Shown here in pieces: positions 1 to 10,298 of a stretch of DNA of 39,907 nucleotides (position 1 is its first letter; every line of letters starts with the position of its first letter). The translations under genes were made by a program, and so were the position numbers. Origin of the DNA: Nemertoderma westbladi (taxonomy: Eukaryota > Animalia > Xenacoelomorpha); assembly GCA_032718475.1 (NCBI GenBank), contig JAUCBJ010002238.1, forward strand, positions 1 to 39,907, written 5' to 3'. The notes under the pieces were generated by a model. The model ran no database searches. It was not told the DNA's origin and was given only the letters and a program-made list of their open reading frames with translations.

Positions 1-690
1 GGGCTCCATGGTCCGACGACCTTTACGGAACCCATTCTGATTTCCACGGAGCAGTCTCTCAATGGGATCCCTGATGCGATTTAATAGAATTCTATTGTAT
101 AGCTTTGCAGCAATCGAGATCAATGAGATTCCCCGAAAAGAACCATAGAGTGTTAGGTTGCCCTTCTTGGGAACTGGCACCAACTTATTTGTTTTCATTT
201 CTTGTGGGACTCTTGTTGTTCTGTACATGTCTACTATGATGGGACATATGAGCTTTAAACACTCAGGTATTTTAAAGACCTCAGGGGGAACACCATCGAT
301 TCCACTGGTACGATTGGTCTTAATGCTCTTTGCAGCAGCCTTCACTTCTGCAAAGGAGATATCACCAATGGGAATATCTGGGAGTACAGACTCAGACACT
401 TTTACTTCTATAAAGTTATCAGGCAATACCCTGTCATTATTGAGGAGCTTTTCAAAGTGGACCTTCCAACCATTGAGGCGATCGGCTGGTGATTCAGCCT
501 TAACCTTGGTGGTTGGTTGGCTTTTTCGACCAGCAAGCAAGTTGATCGATCTCCATGCCTGGGATGATTGCCTGCTGTCGTCAGCATCATTGATGGCATC
601 AACCTGTTGGTTTATTAGCTCCTGTAAATTAACAGAGTACTGCCTGTTTAGGGACGTAGATGCAGCCTTCACTAGAATCACTCAGAATAA
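1..690 (-). mobile_element. RTE-like non-LTR retrotransposon fragment (linker and N-terminal part of reverse transcriptase), continuing off the left edge of the window
   Basis: Minus-strand translation gives ...GIDGVPPEVFK...LVPVPKKGNL...FRGISLISIAAKLYNRILLNRI...NQNGFRKGRRT, the conserved LINE RT N-terminal blocks. The plus-strand 158..694 ORF is its antisense shadow. Confidence 0.9.
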
Positions 691-1463
691 CTAGAGGGAG
701 CCCAACGGCTCCTCAGCTCATTAGAACATGCTGCTTCTATTGTTTGTCTTTTTAATAACTCTAGAAAGACCAAAATTTTGACAGTTAACTTTGAAAGTCC
801 TCAGCAAGTATCTGACCGGATGAGCATAAGCTCAAAGGATGGTATGCTTGAGCATGTGGACGACTTCTGTTACCTGGGATCATGGATCCGGAAGTCAGAT
901 GAGGACCTTCGAATACGTAAGGGAATGGCATGGGCAGCCTTGAATAGGCTTTCCAGGATTTGGAAGTCACAGAGAATTAATCGGAAACTTAAGGTCCGAT
1001 TAGAGCAGCAGTAGTTCCAGTACTCCTCTATGGGAGTCCATACTGGGCTCTAACAGCTGAGGACACCAAATCTCTGGATGGCACATTGACAAGAATGCTA
1101 CGCCGGGTTCACAGTGTCAAGTACAATGCACACATCTCCAACCAGACACTATATAACATTGGAGGTGTCGCATTGGTTCCCCCAAGCTTGACACTAGAAC
1201 AAAATCGCCTCCGCTTTGCAGGACATTGCTTTCGCCGTGAGGACCAGCCAGTGCATAATCTTGTACTTTGGCAGCCTCATGGAGTGAATAAGCATGGTGG
1301 ACAGCCCATGACTTTCTTGAGACGCGTCTTAAAGGACACTGGCCTTGAAGATGCGGATGATCTAGCAAATGTCATGGGTGATAGGGAGTTGTTGGGAATT
1401 TTGTCGACAAGCCGGCACAGCATTCTTAAAAATTGCAGCTGCAATGCAGCATGCCGATCCTAG
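691..1463 (+). mobile_element. RTE-like LINE 3' fragment (RT C-terminal region and thumb), frameshifted
   Basis: Reads ...AQRLLSSLEHAAS...KTKIL...FCYLGSWI...RIRKGMAWAALNRLSRIWKS...LKVRL / RLRFAGHCFR...LVLWQPHG, typical of RTE-clade C-termini. Frameshift near 1000. Confidence 0.9.
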
Positions 1464-1722
1464 TAGTATGTTAATTCAATATTAATAATTGTGACATTGT
1501 AGGGAATGAGATTAACATGACACAACGGGATTTAAATATGCCAACCTGGATCAACAGCTTTTCCATCAAAGCCACCACTGCCGCCTTTATCGGCCGGCTT
1601 ACTGGCGCTTTTTTCGGCGGGCTTACTGGCGCTTTTTTCGTCTGATTTTTTATCGTCTGGTTTTTCTGGTTTTTTCCCCGATATCGACGCCTTTTGAGCT
1701 GGTGGTGCGGCAGTTTGACCAG

Positions 1723-3009
1723 ATTTCTACACGGGAGGAAATAAAGAAGAAATTGAATTCGAAATTATAGAAAAATTAGAAAAATTCAGAAACACAATGA
1801 CATTTTTATATATATATATAATTACTACAGGAACTGGAGTAACTACACTTACTACAGGAACTGGAGCAACTACACTTACTATAGGAACTGGAGCAACTAC
1901 ACTTACTATAGGAACTGGAGCAACTACACTTACTATAGGAACTGGAGCAACTACACTTACTATAGGAACTGGAGCAACTACACTTACTATAGGAACTGGA
2001 GCAACTACACTTACTACAGGAACTGGAGCAACTACACTTACTACAGGAACTGGAGCAACTACACTTACTATAGGAACTGGAGCAACTACACTTACTATAG
2101 GAACTGGAGCAACTACACTTACTATAGGAACTGGAGCAACTACACTTACTATAGGAACTGGAGCAACTACACTTACTAGGAACTGGAGCAACTACACTTA
2201 CTATAGGAACTGGAGCAACTACACTTACTATAGGAACTGGAGCAACTACACTTACTATAGGAACTGGAGCAACTACACTTACTACAGGAACTGGAGCAAC
2301 TACACTTACTATAGGAACTGGAGCAACTACACTTACTATAGGAACTGGAGCAACTACACTTACTACAGGAACTGGAGCAACTACACTTACTATAGGAACT
2401 GGAGCAACTACACTTACTATAGGAACTGGAGCAACTACACTTACTATAGAAACTGGAGCAACTACACTTACTATAGGAACTGGAGCAACTACACTTACTA
2501 TAGGAACTGGAGCAACTACACTTACTATAGGAACTGGAGCAACTACACTTACTAGGAACTGGAGCAACTACACTTACTATAGGAACTGGAGCAACTACAC
2601 TTACTATAGGAACTGGAGCAACTACACTTACTATAGGAACTGGAGCAACTACACTTACTATAGGAACTGGAGCAACTACACTTACTATAGGAACTGGAGC
2701 AACTACACTTACTATAGGAACTGGAGCAACTACACTTACTATAGGAACTGGAGCAACTACACTTACTACAGGAACTGGAGCAACTACACTTACTATAGGA
2801 ACTGGAGCAACTACACTTACTATAGGAACTGGAGCAACTACACTTACTATAGGAACTGGAGCAACTACACTACAGAGCAGTGCTCGTCCTATGTTTGGTT
2901 TAAAGATCTCACCACAACAATAACACCAATGATTACTACTCCCGCTAATGGAGCCGGCAAAGCCACAACAATGATGAGTGTCATTGTCATTATATTTCTC
3001 TTTTTATAA
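1723..3009 (+). CDS. Candidate terminal exon of a GPI-anchored Tyr/Asn/Trp-rich repeat glycoprotein, (YYRNWSNYT)n...TTEQCSSYVWFKDLTTTITPMITTPANGAGKATTMMSVIVIIFLFL*; frameshifted as assembled, 5' boundary uncertain
   Basis: The RNWSNYTYY frame from 2554 continues open through unique sequence to TAA at 3007-3009, ending in small residues, a spacer and a hydrophobic tail. All repeat substitutions are synonymous in this frame. Possible acceptors: ...GACCAG at 1722 or ...CTACAG at 1830. Confidence 0.5.
1823..2872 (+). repeat. 27-bp minisatellite (TACTATAGGAACTGGAGCAACTACACT)n, about 39 copies, two units 2 nt short (near 2178 and 2554)
   Basis: Read directly. Unit variants are TAC/TAT, AGT/AGC and AGA/AGG, plus two TA deletions. 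Confidence 0.98.
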
Positions 3010-3534
3010 AGACACACTAGAGACAGGAAGGACTGGAAAATCAATCATTTTTGTGATCCCTACACCTGAAGCAACAATATTACCACTCAATATTGTATTA
3101 GACTCTCATTTATGAATACCAACCAAAATCCAGGGTCTTATTAACTAATTTGAAAGTGTGTTTTATTGGTGAAAAGTGTTTTGTTACATTATTATAGATC
3201 GTACATTGTTATTGTTATTTATTACATAGACTATACTTCGTTATAGCTATTTACACTAACTATTCATATATATGTTTTTAACTTATATATTGGTTTCACT
3301 AATTTAACGTTTATTGATTTTTATGTATTGTATTCAAAATGTTGTGTGTCAAATCATTGTTACTAAGCCTATTTGTACTACTAAGGTGTTGGAACATTTG
3401 ATCACATTTTCTGTTCATGTTTGTAGTAAATACATAGTGACCAACTTGTTGCATTCTTTGATTATTATAATGCTATGATTATAAGCTAATCAATTTTTTT
3501 ATTCATTCTCAAGATACAACTGCGATCGGCATTT

Positions 3535-4680
3535 TTAATAATGCTGTGCCGGCTTGTCGATAAAATTGCGCCGCCACAACTCGCTATTACCCATGACATT
3601 TGCTAGATCATCCGAATCTTCAAGGCCAGTGACCTTTAATATGCGTCTCAAGAAAGTCATGGGCTATCCACCATGCTTATTCACTCCATGAGGCTGCCAA
3701 AGTACAAGATTATGCACTGGCTGGTCCTCACGGCGAAAGCAATGTCCTGCAAATCGGAGGCGATTTTGTTCTAGTGTCAAGCTCGGGGGAACCAATGAGA
3801 CACCTCCAATGTTATATAGTGTCTGGTTGGAGATGTGTGCATTATACTTGACACAATGAACCCGGCGTAGCATTGTTGTGAATGTGCCATCCAGAGATTT
3901 TGTGTCCTCAGCAGTTAGAGCCCAGCATGGACTCCCATAGAGGAGTAATGGAACGACTGCTGCTCTAAATAATCGGACCTTAAGTTTCCGATTAATTCTC
4001 GGTGACTTCCAAATCCTTGAAAGCCTATTCAAGGCTGCCCATGCCTTTCCCGTACGTATTCGAAGGTCCTCCCTCACCTGACTTCCGGATCCATGATCCC
4101 AGGTAACAGAAGTCGTCCACATGCTCAAACATACTATCCTTTGAGCTTATGCTCATCCGATCAGAGACTTGCTGAGGACTTTCAAAGTTAACTGTCAAAA
4201 TTTTGGTCTTTCTGGAGTTAATAATAAATCATCAGCAAAGTCTAGATCAGTTAGGTACTTGGCTGGATTTCCTCGACTTCTGGAGCCAGTAGGTGGAGTT
4301 ATCATCACCCCATCATCATTATGATGATCTAAGGACATACGTAGAACATAGTCAACCACAATTATGAACAAGAATGGTGCAAGTGTGTCTCCCAGGAGGA
4401 CGCCGCCATAACACATCAAATGGTTCTGTGTCACCGTCAACAGTAGACACAAATGTTGTCGAACCATCGTATACTGATCTGATTGCTGCAATAATTTCAT
4501 CAGGAATCCCATATAATGAAAGTATGCTGAACATACGTGAGCGAGAAACTGAATCAAAGGCCTTGAAGAAGTCAACAAATATAACAGCCAGATGCCTGTC
4601 TTTCTTTTTTGATAACTCTTCTATTATCCTTCTACGTGCCAAAATGGGACGGTTTGCGATGGTCCAAATCGTCACCCAAT
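3535..4680 (-). mobile_element. 5'-truncated, degenerate RTE-like LINE copy (RT core to 3' end), same family as 691..1463
   Basis: FVDFFKAFDSV, GDTLAPFLFIIVVDY, LDFADD, YLGSW and RLRFAGHCFR motifs across frameshifts. Highly similar in reverse complement to about 760..1430. Lacks the segment between FADD and NSRKTKIL that the other copy has. Confidence 0.93.
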
Positions 4681-5029
4681 GATACGCCGTTTCGCAAGAG
4701 CTGCAAGTTATGGTTTTCCGTGAACGTGGTATTTATGTTGTTAAAGAATTAGAAATTGGTCATTTTAACAAATTATGGTCATATGAACTTATAGGATATT
4801 AAATATACACTACTATACACAATTACACACACCAAATATGCCTACTCAATCTCATAGATATGATGTACCTTATAACTTCATGAACACTACTAAAGATATG
4901 TCTAATAGTGATTCTTAAGGTACATTGTGAAAGGTATATAAGTAATAAATATATTTATTGAATAAACACCATAAACATTCATTGGTCGTTGCTCTTTTTG
5001 TCAAAACAATATAACGAGTTCATAACGAT

Positions 5030-5260
5030 TTCAAGTGTGAGTCCGTAACATTTTTTTCTGTGAGTCCGTAACGAACAATTTCTCTATAAATGAGGTTTGC
5101 CACCATATGTTTCTGCTATTAACTTACAAATTTACAAAATTTGATGTATCTACCTCGTATTGTGAAAGTTATAACGTATGGCGTTAAATATTTCAAGATA
5201 ATTTGACAAAAAAAATTGGGTAATTTTTCTTTATCCATTTGCATGTGAGTCCGTAACGGG
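5030..5260. repeat. Three dispersed copies of GTGAGTCCGTAAC, probably subterminal repeats of a DNA transposon relic
   Basis: Motif seen near 5036, 5060 and 5245. Confidence 0.45.
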
Positions 5261-5492
5261 CACTATGATTACAATATCCTATGAATGTAATGAGATACAA
5301 CTCTTTTCTAAGTCAAAGTAGAGATGTACCATTAATCCATCAGCCACCATAGGTAAATGTTATTATAATTAGCCTCTTTTTCTGTTTATTTATTGATTTC
5401 AGTGATTAAGTACTGGTACATATTGTCGATTATGTATATTCCATTTTACATGGTTTTTGTACAGGAATTAAAACAAACAATTCAATTCATAC

Positions 5493-5547
5493 TTGTGGCC
5501 ACCTTTGTGTGCCTTATGACTCATAAGGCACACAAAGGTGGCCACAA
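5493..5547. repeat. Perfect inverted repeat, 27-bp arms with 1-nt spacer
   Basis: TTGTGGCCACCTTTGTGTGCCTTATGA c TCATAAGGCACACAAAGGTGGCCACAA. Confidence 0.97.
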
Positions 5548-6250
5548 ATGACTGATCTAAAACCATAATAAATCTGCACCTTGCAAGCGAAATAGTAAAA
5601 AACTAACTAACTAACATTACCCTCATAAAGTCAAAAGTGCAATATTTTTTAAATATGGATAATCACCTTATGTTACATGGAAACGTGCATCACAGCTCCA
5701 ATATACAGTATGTACTACTAACATCTTATATTGCTAGACATGTTGATTATCCCAAATTTCAATCATAATTACATTAAATATACAGCGGTTTCTAGGGAAG
5801 GGAAAGGTCACCCTGTTGCTATGGAAACGTGTATAAGCGCCTATGTCATTACTAACAATCTTCTATTGCTAAACAGGTTGATTTCATAATCATATCATAA
5901 TCATATAGATTCAATCATAACTTCATTAAATATAGAGCGGATGCTAGGGAAGCGTCTCCTTGTTGCTATGGAAACATGTACAGACTTATATTTTTAAAAC
6001 AACCCAGTTATATAATCGTAATTTTTGTTTATGGCGAGTTTCAATAACAGAAACGACCAATTTTACCCAGTGGCTATTAAAAAGTCACCCTGTTGCTAGG
6101 GAAGTAGTCAATCTTTTTGGTACACAGGCTCAGATTAATCTACACATTTTTTTTTACATATGTAGTCACATTTTCATGCTTTTGTCCGGCAATTAACGAT
6201 TTTCACCTTAAGCGAACCCACTATTATGTAGTCTACAGCACAATTATTAT
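5548..6250. mobile_element. Probable non-autonomous repeat (Helentron/HINE-like) with degenerate internal repeats of about 150 bp carrying GTTGCTATGGAAAC
   Basis: Recurring blocks AATCATAAYTWCATTAAATATASAGCGG (5761, 5913) and CACCCTGTTGCTA(T/G)GGAA (5809, 6086). Family assignment is inference. Confidence 0.4.
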
Positions 6251-7049
6251 TATGAGTAACTATGGATGCAATATATTAAAATACTTCAATTACCTTTATT
6301 ATTTTGTAACACTATTTCGTTCTATATTTTATTAAATATAGAATTTTACAGAATTAAGCAACAAAAAAGTTCCATGTGAAAAAAAGTAGAACCTTTTTTT
6401 CCATATTCCGTCGACTCTTAATCAACCTGGCATGCACTTGGTAAATATTTTGACCGATAAAATTCCTTTATTTCAGTGCTAAAAATCGCATATACAAGAA
6501 TCACTTACAATAATTAACTCTAGAACAAAAAATACCAAATACAAGCCATACTCAAGTAGGATTTAACAGCAAAAAATTATGTACCCGTGGCTGAAACCTG
6601 TAGCTTTAATCTGTAAATGTAGCTGTAGCTTTCAATGAATAGTGAATCAAATAATGAATAGTTGACTCAAAGATGCACAGTTCGCTGATATATATGTCTG
6701 GTTCATTAGTTAGAAATACAGTCATTATGGTGCAAAAAAATAATGGCAAGAAGTCAGTACAACGGACTTGACAACGGACAGTAGGACAACTACAAGCACA
6801 ACAGGACAACTACAACGGACAGTACAACAGTCCTCGGACTAAAACTGGTTGCTTTCAACCTTCTGTGTGACGAACTTATCGTCAACAAGTTAATAAATAC
6901 GAAATTAATAAATAGAAAACACAATATTGCAATAAAAATATTATACAAAGAATTGTTTTTAAATAATGTTAAAAGTACTGATAATGTATGTAATGATAAT
7001 TGCGAGTTTTATTGCACTCCAAAATAAGAAATTAGTTTTATTTCACTCG

Positions 7050-10000
7050 TCATTTATTGCTATCTTTCCACTGTTGTAACAAATCATCGTAGATTGGATT
7101 AGATGGCGAAGTAGTTCCGCCCAAGAGTTCGTTGGCTTCGTTCCGCAGTTCCTCTGCTTTATCGCGTATCAATAGTTTAGCGGAACTAACTATCTGATTG
7201 GCCAATTTTCGAGACATGTGTTTAACGTTCTTTACAATATCCTCAGGATTGGCGCGTGCTAAACCTTGCAACGACTTGTAACCCGCCTGGAGTAACTGCC
7301 TAGCCCTAGACAGTTTCACTCCGGGAACTTCCATCAACGGGATTAAATCCTTTTTACAACAAAATTGAATAGCGCGTTGCAGACAAGATAAGAGCGGATC
7401 AAACGCCCACAATTCCTCGACCTCCTTACAAAAATGAACGACGCAACTGCAGAAGGATGCCGTAGTCGACAACATCTGTTGGAGGAAACCGCGGGAAACT
7501 GCAAACATATTGGCGACGTGCCAAACCGATGCTTCCTTAATCAAATGTCGGAGCATCAATGTCAGATAAAACCTCTTCAGTATCAAATCGTTGGGCGTAT
7601 GTTTGGATTTAGATATTCCAGATGCTTTGCGTGTTAAGTAGCTCTCAGAAACTCCAATCAGTCTCGCAACGTGGACCTCGTCGGTTGATAATAAATGAAA
7701 CTGGTGTAAATAAATCGTCCAATCGATATTCACCTGGGATACATAGTCGTACGGCGTCACAAGGAACAACAGATGGAGCCAATTACACACAGCGAGGTTC
7801 TTTGTTGCGGCTTTCAGGTCGTCGTACAAACGAACGCACCATCGCACATCTATAGCGCCCTTAAAGACCGCGCGCCCAAAATCAGTCGGCTTAAAACAAC
7901 ATATTTCCTCGGAGGTTGTTCGAATAACTAATCCTTTGGAGATGAGTTCATCTAAAGAAGTACAACTAGCTTCGGCTAAATCGACTTCATTGCGCTCGGA
8001 CTGCAGGGCGATAAGAGTATGATTCATAAACTCTACCAACGCGGGCATTGTCGATGTAAGTTGCAAAGCAATCACATTCAACGTAAGGGAAGTCACTCCC
8101 CTCCCACCGTCGTACATTAAGCTGGAGTAACACGAATCCATCTCGCCAGACACCAACTCTTTCGCTTTAAACACGTCATTCTTCTGCGCTATGAGAATAC
8201 TTTCTCCGGTTGAATCGAAGCCCGCCCGCCCGGCACGGCCACACATCTGTTTGTATTGACTCCGACTCAACAACTGATCTCCAATGTAGAGAGATCGAAT
8301 TATAACCCTTTTGGCGGGAAGATTAACCCCTGCGGCAAGAGTGGAGGTGCACGCCAACAGACACAACGTACCACTAAGGAAACCGTCTTCTATAAGCTTT
8401 CTCTCATCAGCCGTCAAACCACTATGATGGTAGGCTACACCAAAAGGTAATGTGGTCGACAATGTGGGACAAATCGATCCGGTATCCAATACTAGTTTTT
8501 CCACTAATTCGTATCTTTCGGCACTTTTCACTTCTTTCATAAGGGCTGGCATATTGCGCACTATAAGTTCAGCTACGGCCTGACAATTCCTTTTCGTTGG
8601 ACAAAATATAAGACAGGAATGTTTCGGCAACACTTCACTAACCAATCCTATTAAGTTATCCGGGTCTTGCAACTTCATCTTTGAATTATAATTGAAATCA
8701 ACTTTTCTTGACAGTTGCAATAAATTCGCTTCATGTTCAGTTACCTTGAATATATTATCCTCTACCTTAACGTACTCAGTCAGCTCAACTGGACGAAAGT
8801 TACTGGAAAACAATTCTGCATTCAAGAACGTTGTTAGATGCTCAACGTTCGAGAGGGTTGCACTCATACCCACTATTCTCGTAGACTGGCTACAATATTT
8901 GAGTTTCGACAAGGTTAACTCCAAGCTTGACCCCCTCGAACCGCCTTCACCAATCATGTGCAATTCGTCGACAACAACCAAACCCAAAGTGTCTATTTTA
9001 CAGTTCTCAATCATGGAATTTACTAAGGTGTGAGCTTTCTCAATGGTCGCTATGTATAGAGTTTGTCTCAATCTGTGTATTTTGGGAGGAAATGCCCCTT
9101 TGCTACCTGCATACTCTTCCGTATAAAAACCCAACTCCAACGCAAATGGTGTCAACATTCTAAACTTCTCTTGCACAATAGAAACAAAGGGTAAAATTAA
9201 AATAGCGTTTTTCTTGCAGCACAAAAGTTGGTAAAAAATAAGTATTTCGGCGACCAGTGTTTTGCCGCCGCTGGTTGGAAGGCAGTAAATAAGATTTCGT
9301 GGAGTCGATTGGGATAACTGGAGACACTCCTGTTGCCATTTATACAATGTTGATATACCGCGATGCTCCTGTAACAATTGCTTCACCTTAATTGGCAACC
9401 CGAAGAATGTATCAGGTTGTGCCGGAGGGCAGATCTGGTCATCGTGGTCGTGATCACTTTCCGTATGTTGAGAAGGAGACAATAAAGGGATCCCCGAATT
9501 AAGGATGTCAGTTCGTTTAAAATTAAGTGATGCTGATTTAAGCACGTTTGTACGCTTAAAATTAGACGTTTTCCTCGGCAGAGTTGAAATAAGTCTCTTT
9601 GGTCGGTTTACATTTCGCGATGGAGCTACTATTCTATTTAATTTTTGAATGCCAAATGATTGTTGTACGGAGTGCTTATATGCTGGAGAATGTAGCAGTC
9701 GCAGCGGTTTCTGAGATTTAATAATATGTTCGAGTTTATGAGGCGTAGCATCTGGATTTGGATGGTGGTCCTTGTACGATGGAGTGGATTTTGATGCAAA
9801 GTTGGATTCACGACTACCGGTACTACTCGAGATAAACATGTCTTTTGCGCTCCCGAAGCCTAAGTTAAATTGTACTTCCATATCTGAATTGTATGTACTA
9901 CAATCTTCAGACACCGGTACCGATTTGTTACATTTATTTTTATCATTTGCAACGATTTCATCAATTTCATGAGTTGAGTTACTGACAATTTTGTCGATTT

Positions 10001-10298
10001 CAAGGACGCAGAAGAGGTCATCGCTTGAATTCAATGTGTTTGTATCTGCCTGTGTTAAATGACGATTAGGTGTTGATGCAGATAAAGGGGCTATTTGGGC
10101 AGCAGCAATACCAGACTCATGAGAGCTCGCGGTTGAGAGAGTTATTAATTGAGAACTGAAGACTGGGGACGCGGTTTGGTTAAATTGAAATAAATCCGAC
10201 GATGATATGTTATTTACATCACTACCATCAACAGAGTTGCTTTTGTTGGTTCTAGCCAAATTATTTTTTAAATCTAGTTGTACCCCTCGATTCACCAT
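7050..10298 (-). CDS. HELQ: HELQ (Hel308/POLQ-like) Ski2-family SF2 DNA helicase, 1082 aa, single exon
   Basis: Walker A LPTSGGKT, VVVDELH, MSATL, GVAYHHSGL, TSTLAAGVNLPA, QMCGRAGRAG and C-terminal HhH (LMEVPGVKLSRARQLLQAGY). Disordered N-terminus. The ORF ends with no polymerase domain, so HELQ rather than POLQ. Confidence 0.95.
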   Translation of the reverse strand: MVNRGVQLDLKNNLARTNKSNSVDGSDVNNISSSDLFQFNQTASPVFSSQLITLSTASSHESGIAAAQIAPLSASTPNRHLTQADTNTLNSSDDLFCVLEIDKIVSNSTHEIDEIVANDKNKCNKSVPVSEDCSTYNSDMEVQFNLGFGSAKDMFISSSTGSRESNFASKSTPSYKDHHPNPDATPHKLEHIIKSQKPLRLLHSPAYKHSVQQSFGIQKLNRIVAPSRNVNRPKRLISTLPRKTSNFKRTNVLKSASLNFKRTDILNSGIPLLSPSQHTESDHDHDDQICPPAQPDTFFGLPIKVKQLLQEHRGISTLYKWQQECLQLSQSTPRNLIYCLPTSGGKTLVAEILIFYQLLCCKKNAILILPFVSIVQEKFRMLTPFALELGFYTEEYAGSKGAFPPKIHRLRQTLYIATIEKAHTLVNSMIENCKIDTLGLVVVDELHMIGEGGSRGSSLELTLSKLKYCSQSTRIVGMSATLSNVEHLTTFLNAELFSSNFRPVELTEYVKVEDNIFKVTEHEANLLQLSRKVDFNYNSKMKLQDPDNLIGLVSEVLPKHSCLIFCPTKRNCQAVAELIVRNMPALMKEVKSAERYELVEKLVLDTGSICPTLSTTLPFGVAYHHSGLTADERKLIEDGFLSGTLCLLACTSTLAAGVNLPAKRVIIRSLYIGDQLLSRSQYKQMCGRAGRAGFDSTGESILIAQKNDVFKAKELVSGEMDSCYSSLMYDGGRGVTSLTLNVIALQLTSTMPALVEFMNHTLIALQSERNEVDLAEASCTSLDELISKGLVIRTTSEEICCFKPTDFGRAVFKGAIDVRWCVRLYDDLKAATKNLAVCNWLHLLFLVTPYDYVSQVNIDWTIYLHQFHLLSTDEVHVARLIGVSESYLTRKASGISKSKHTPNDLILKRFYLTLMLRHLIKEASVWHVANMFAVSRGFLQQMLSTTASFCSCVVHFCKEVEELWAFDPLLSCLQRAIQFCCKKDLIPLMEVPGVKLSRARQLLQAGYKSLQGLARANPEDIVKNVKHMSRKLANQIVSSAKLLIRDKAEELRNEANELLGGTTSPSNPIYDDLLQQWKDSNK

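Noticed and set aside
158-694. 178-aa plus-strand ORF
   Set aside because: Antisense shadow of the LINE RT fragment.
1727-2567. Minus-strand (VVAPVPIVS)n and (SKCSCSSSY)n ORFs; CRISPR-like appearance of the array
   Set aside because: These are products of the 27-bp repeat with non-ATG starts. The units are contiguous with no unique spacers and no cas genes, so not CRISPR.
2893-2908. 16-mer TGTTTGGTTTAAAGAT (VWFKD) shared with SFSWAP near 37024
   Set aside because: No flanking similarity; one such match is plausible by chance in 40 kb of AT-rich DNA.
2880-2995. Minus-strand Cys-rich reading HHCCGFAGSISGSSNHWCYCCGEIF
   Set aside because: No start codon or signal peptide seen; better explained as the antisense of the Thr-rich GPI-like tail.
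7050-10298. Possible POLQ call
   Set aside because: The ORF ends after the HhH domain with no polymerase domain.
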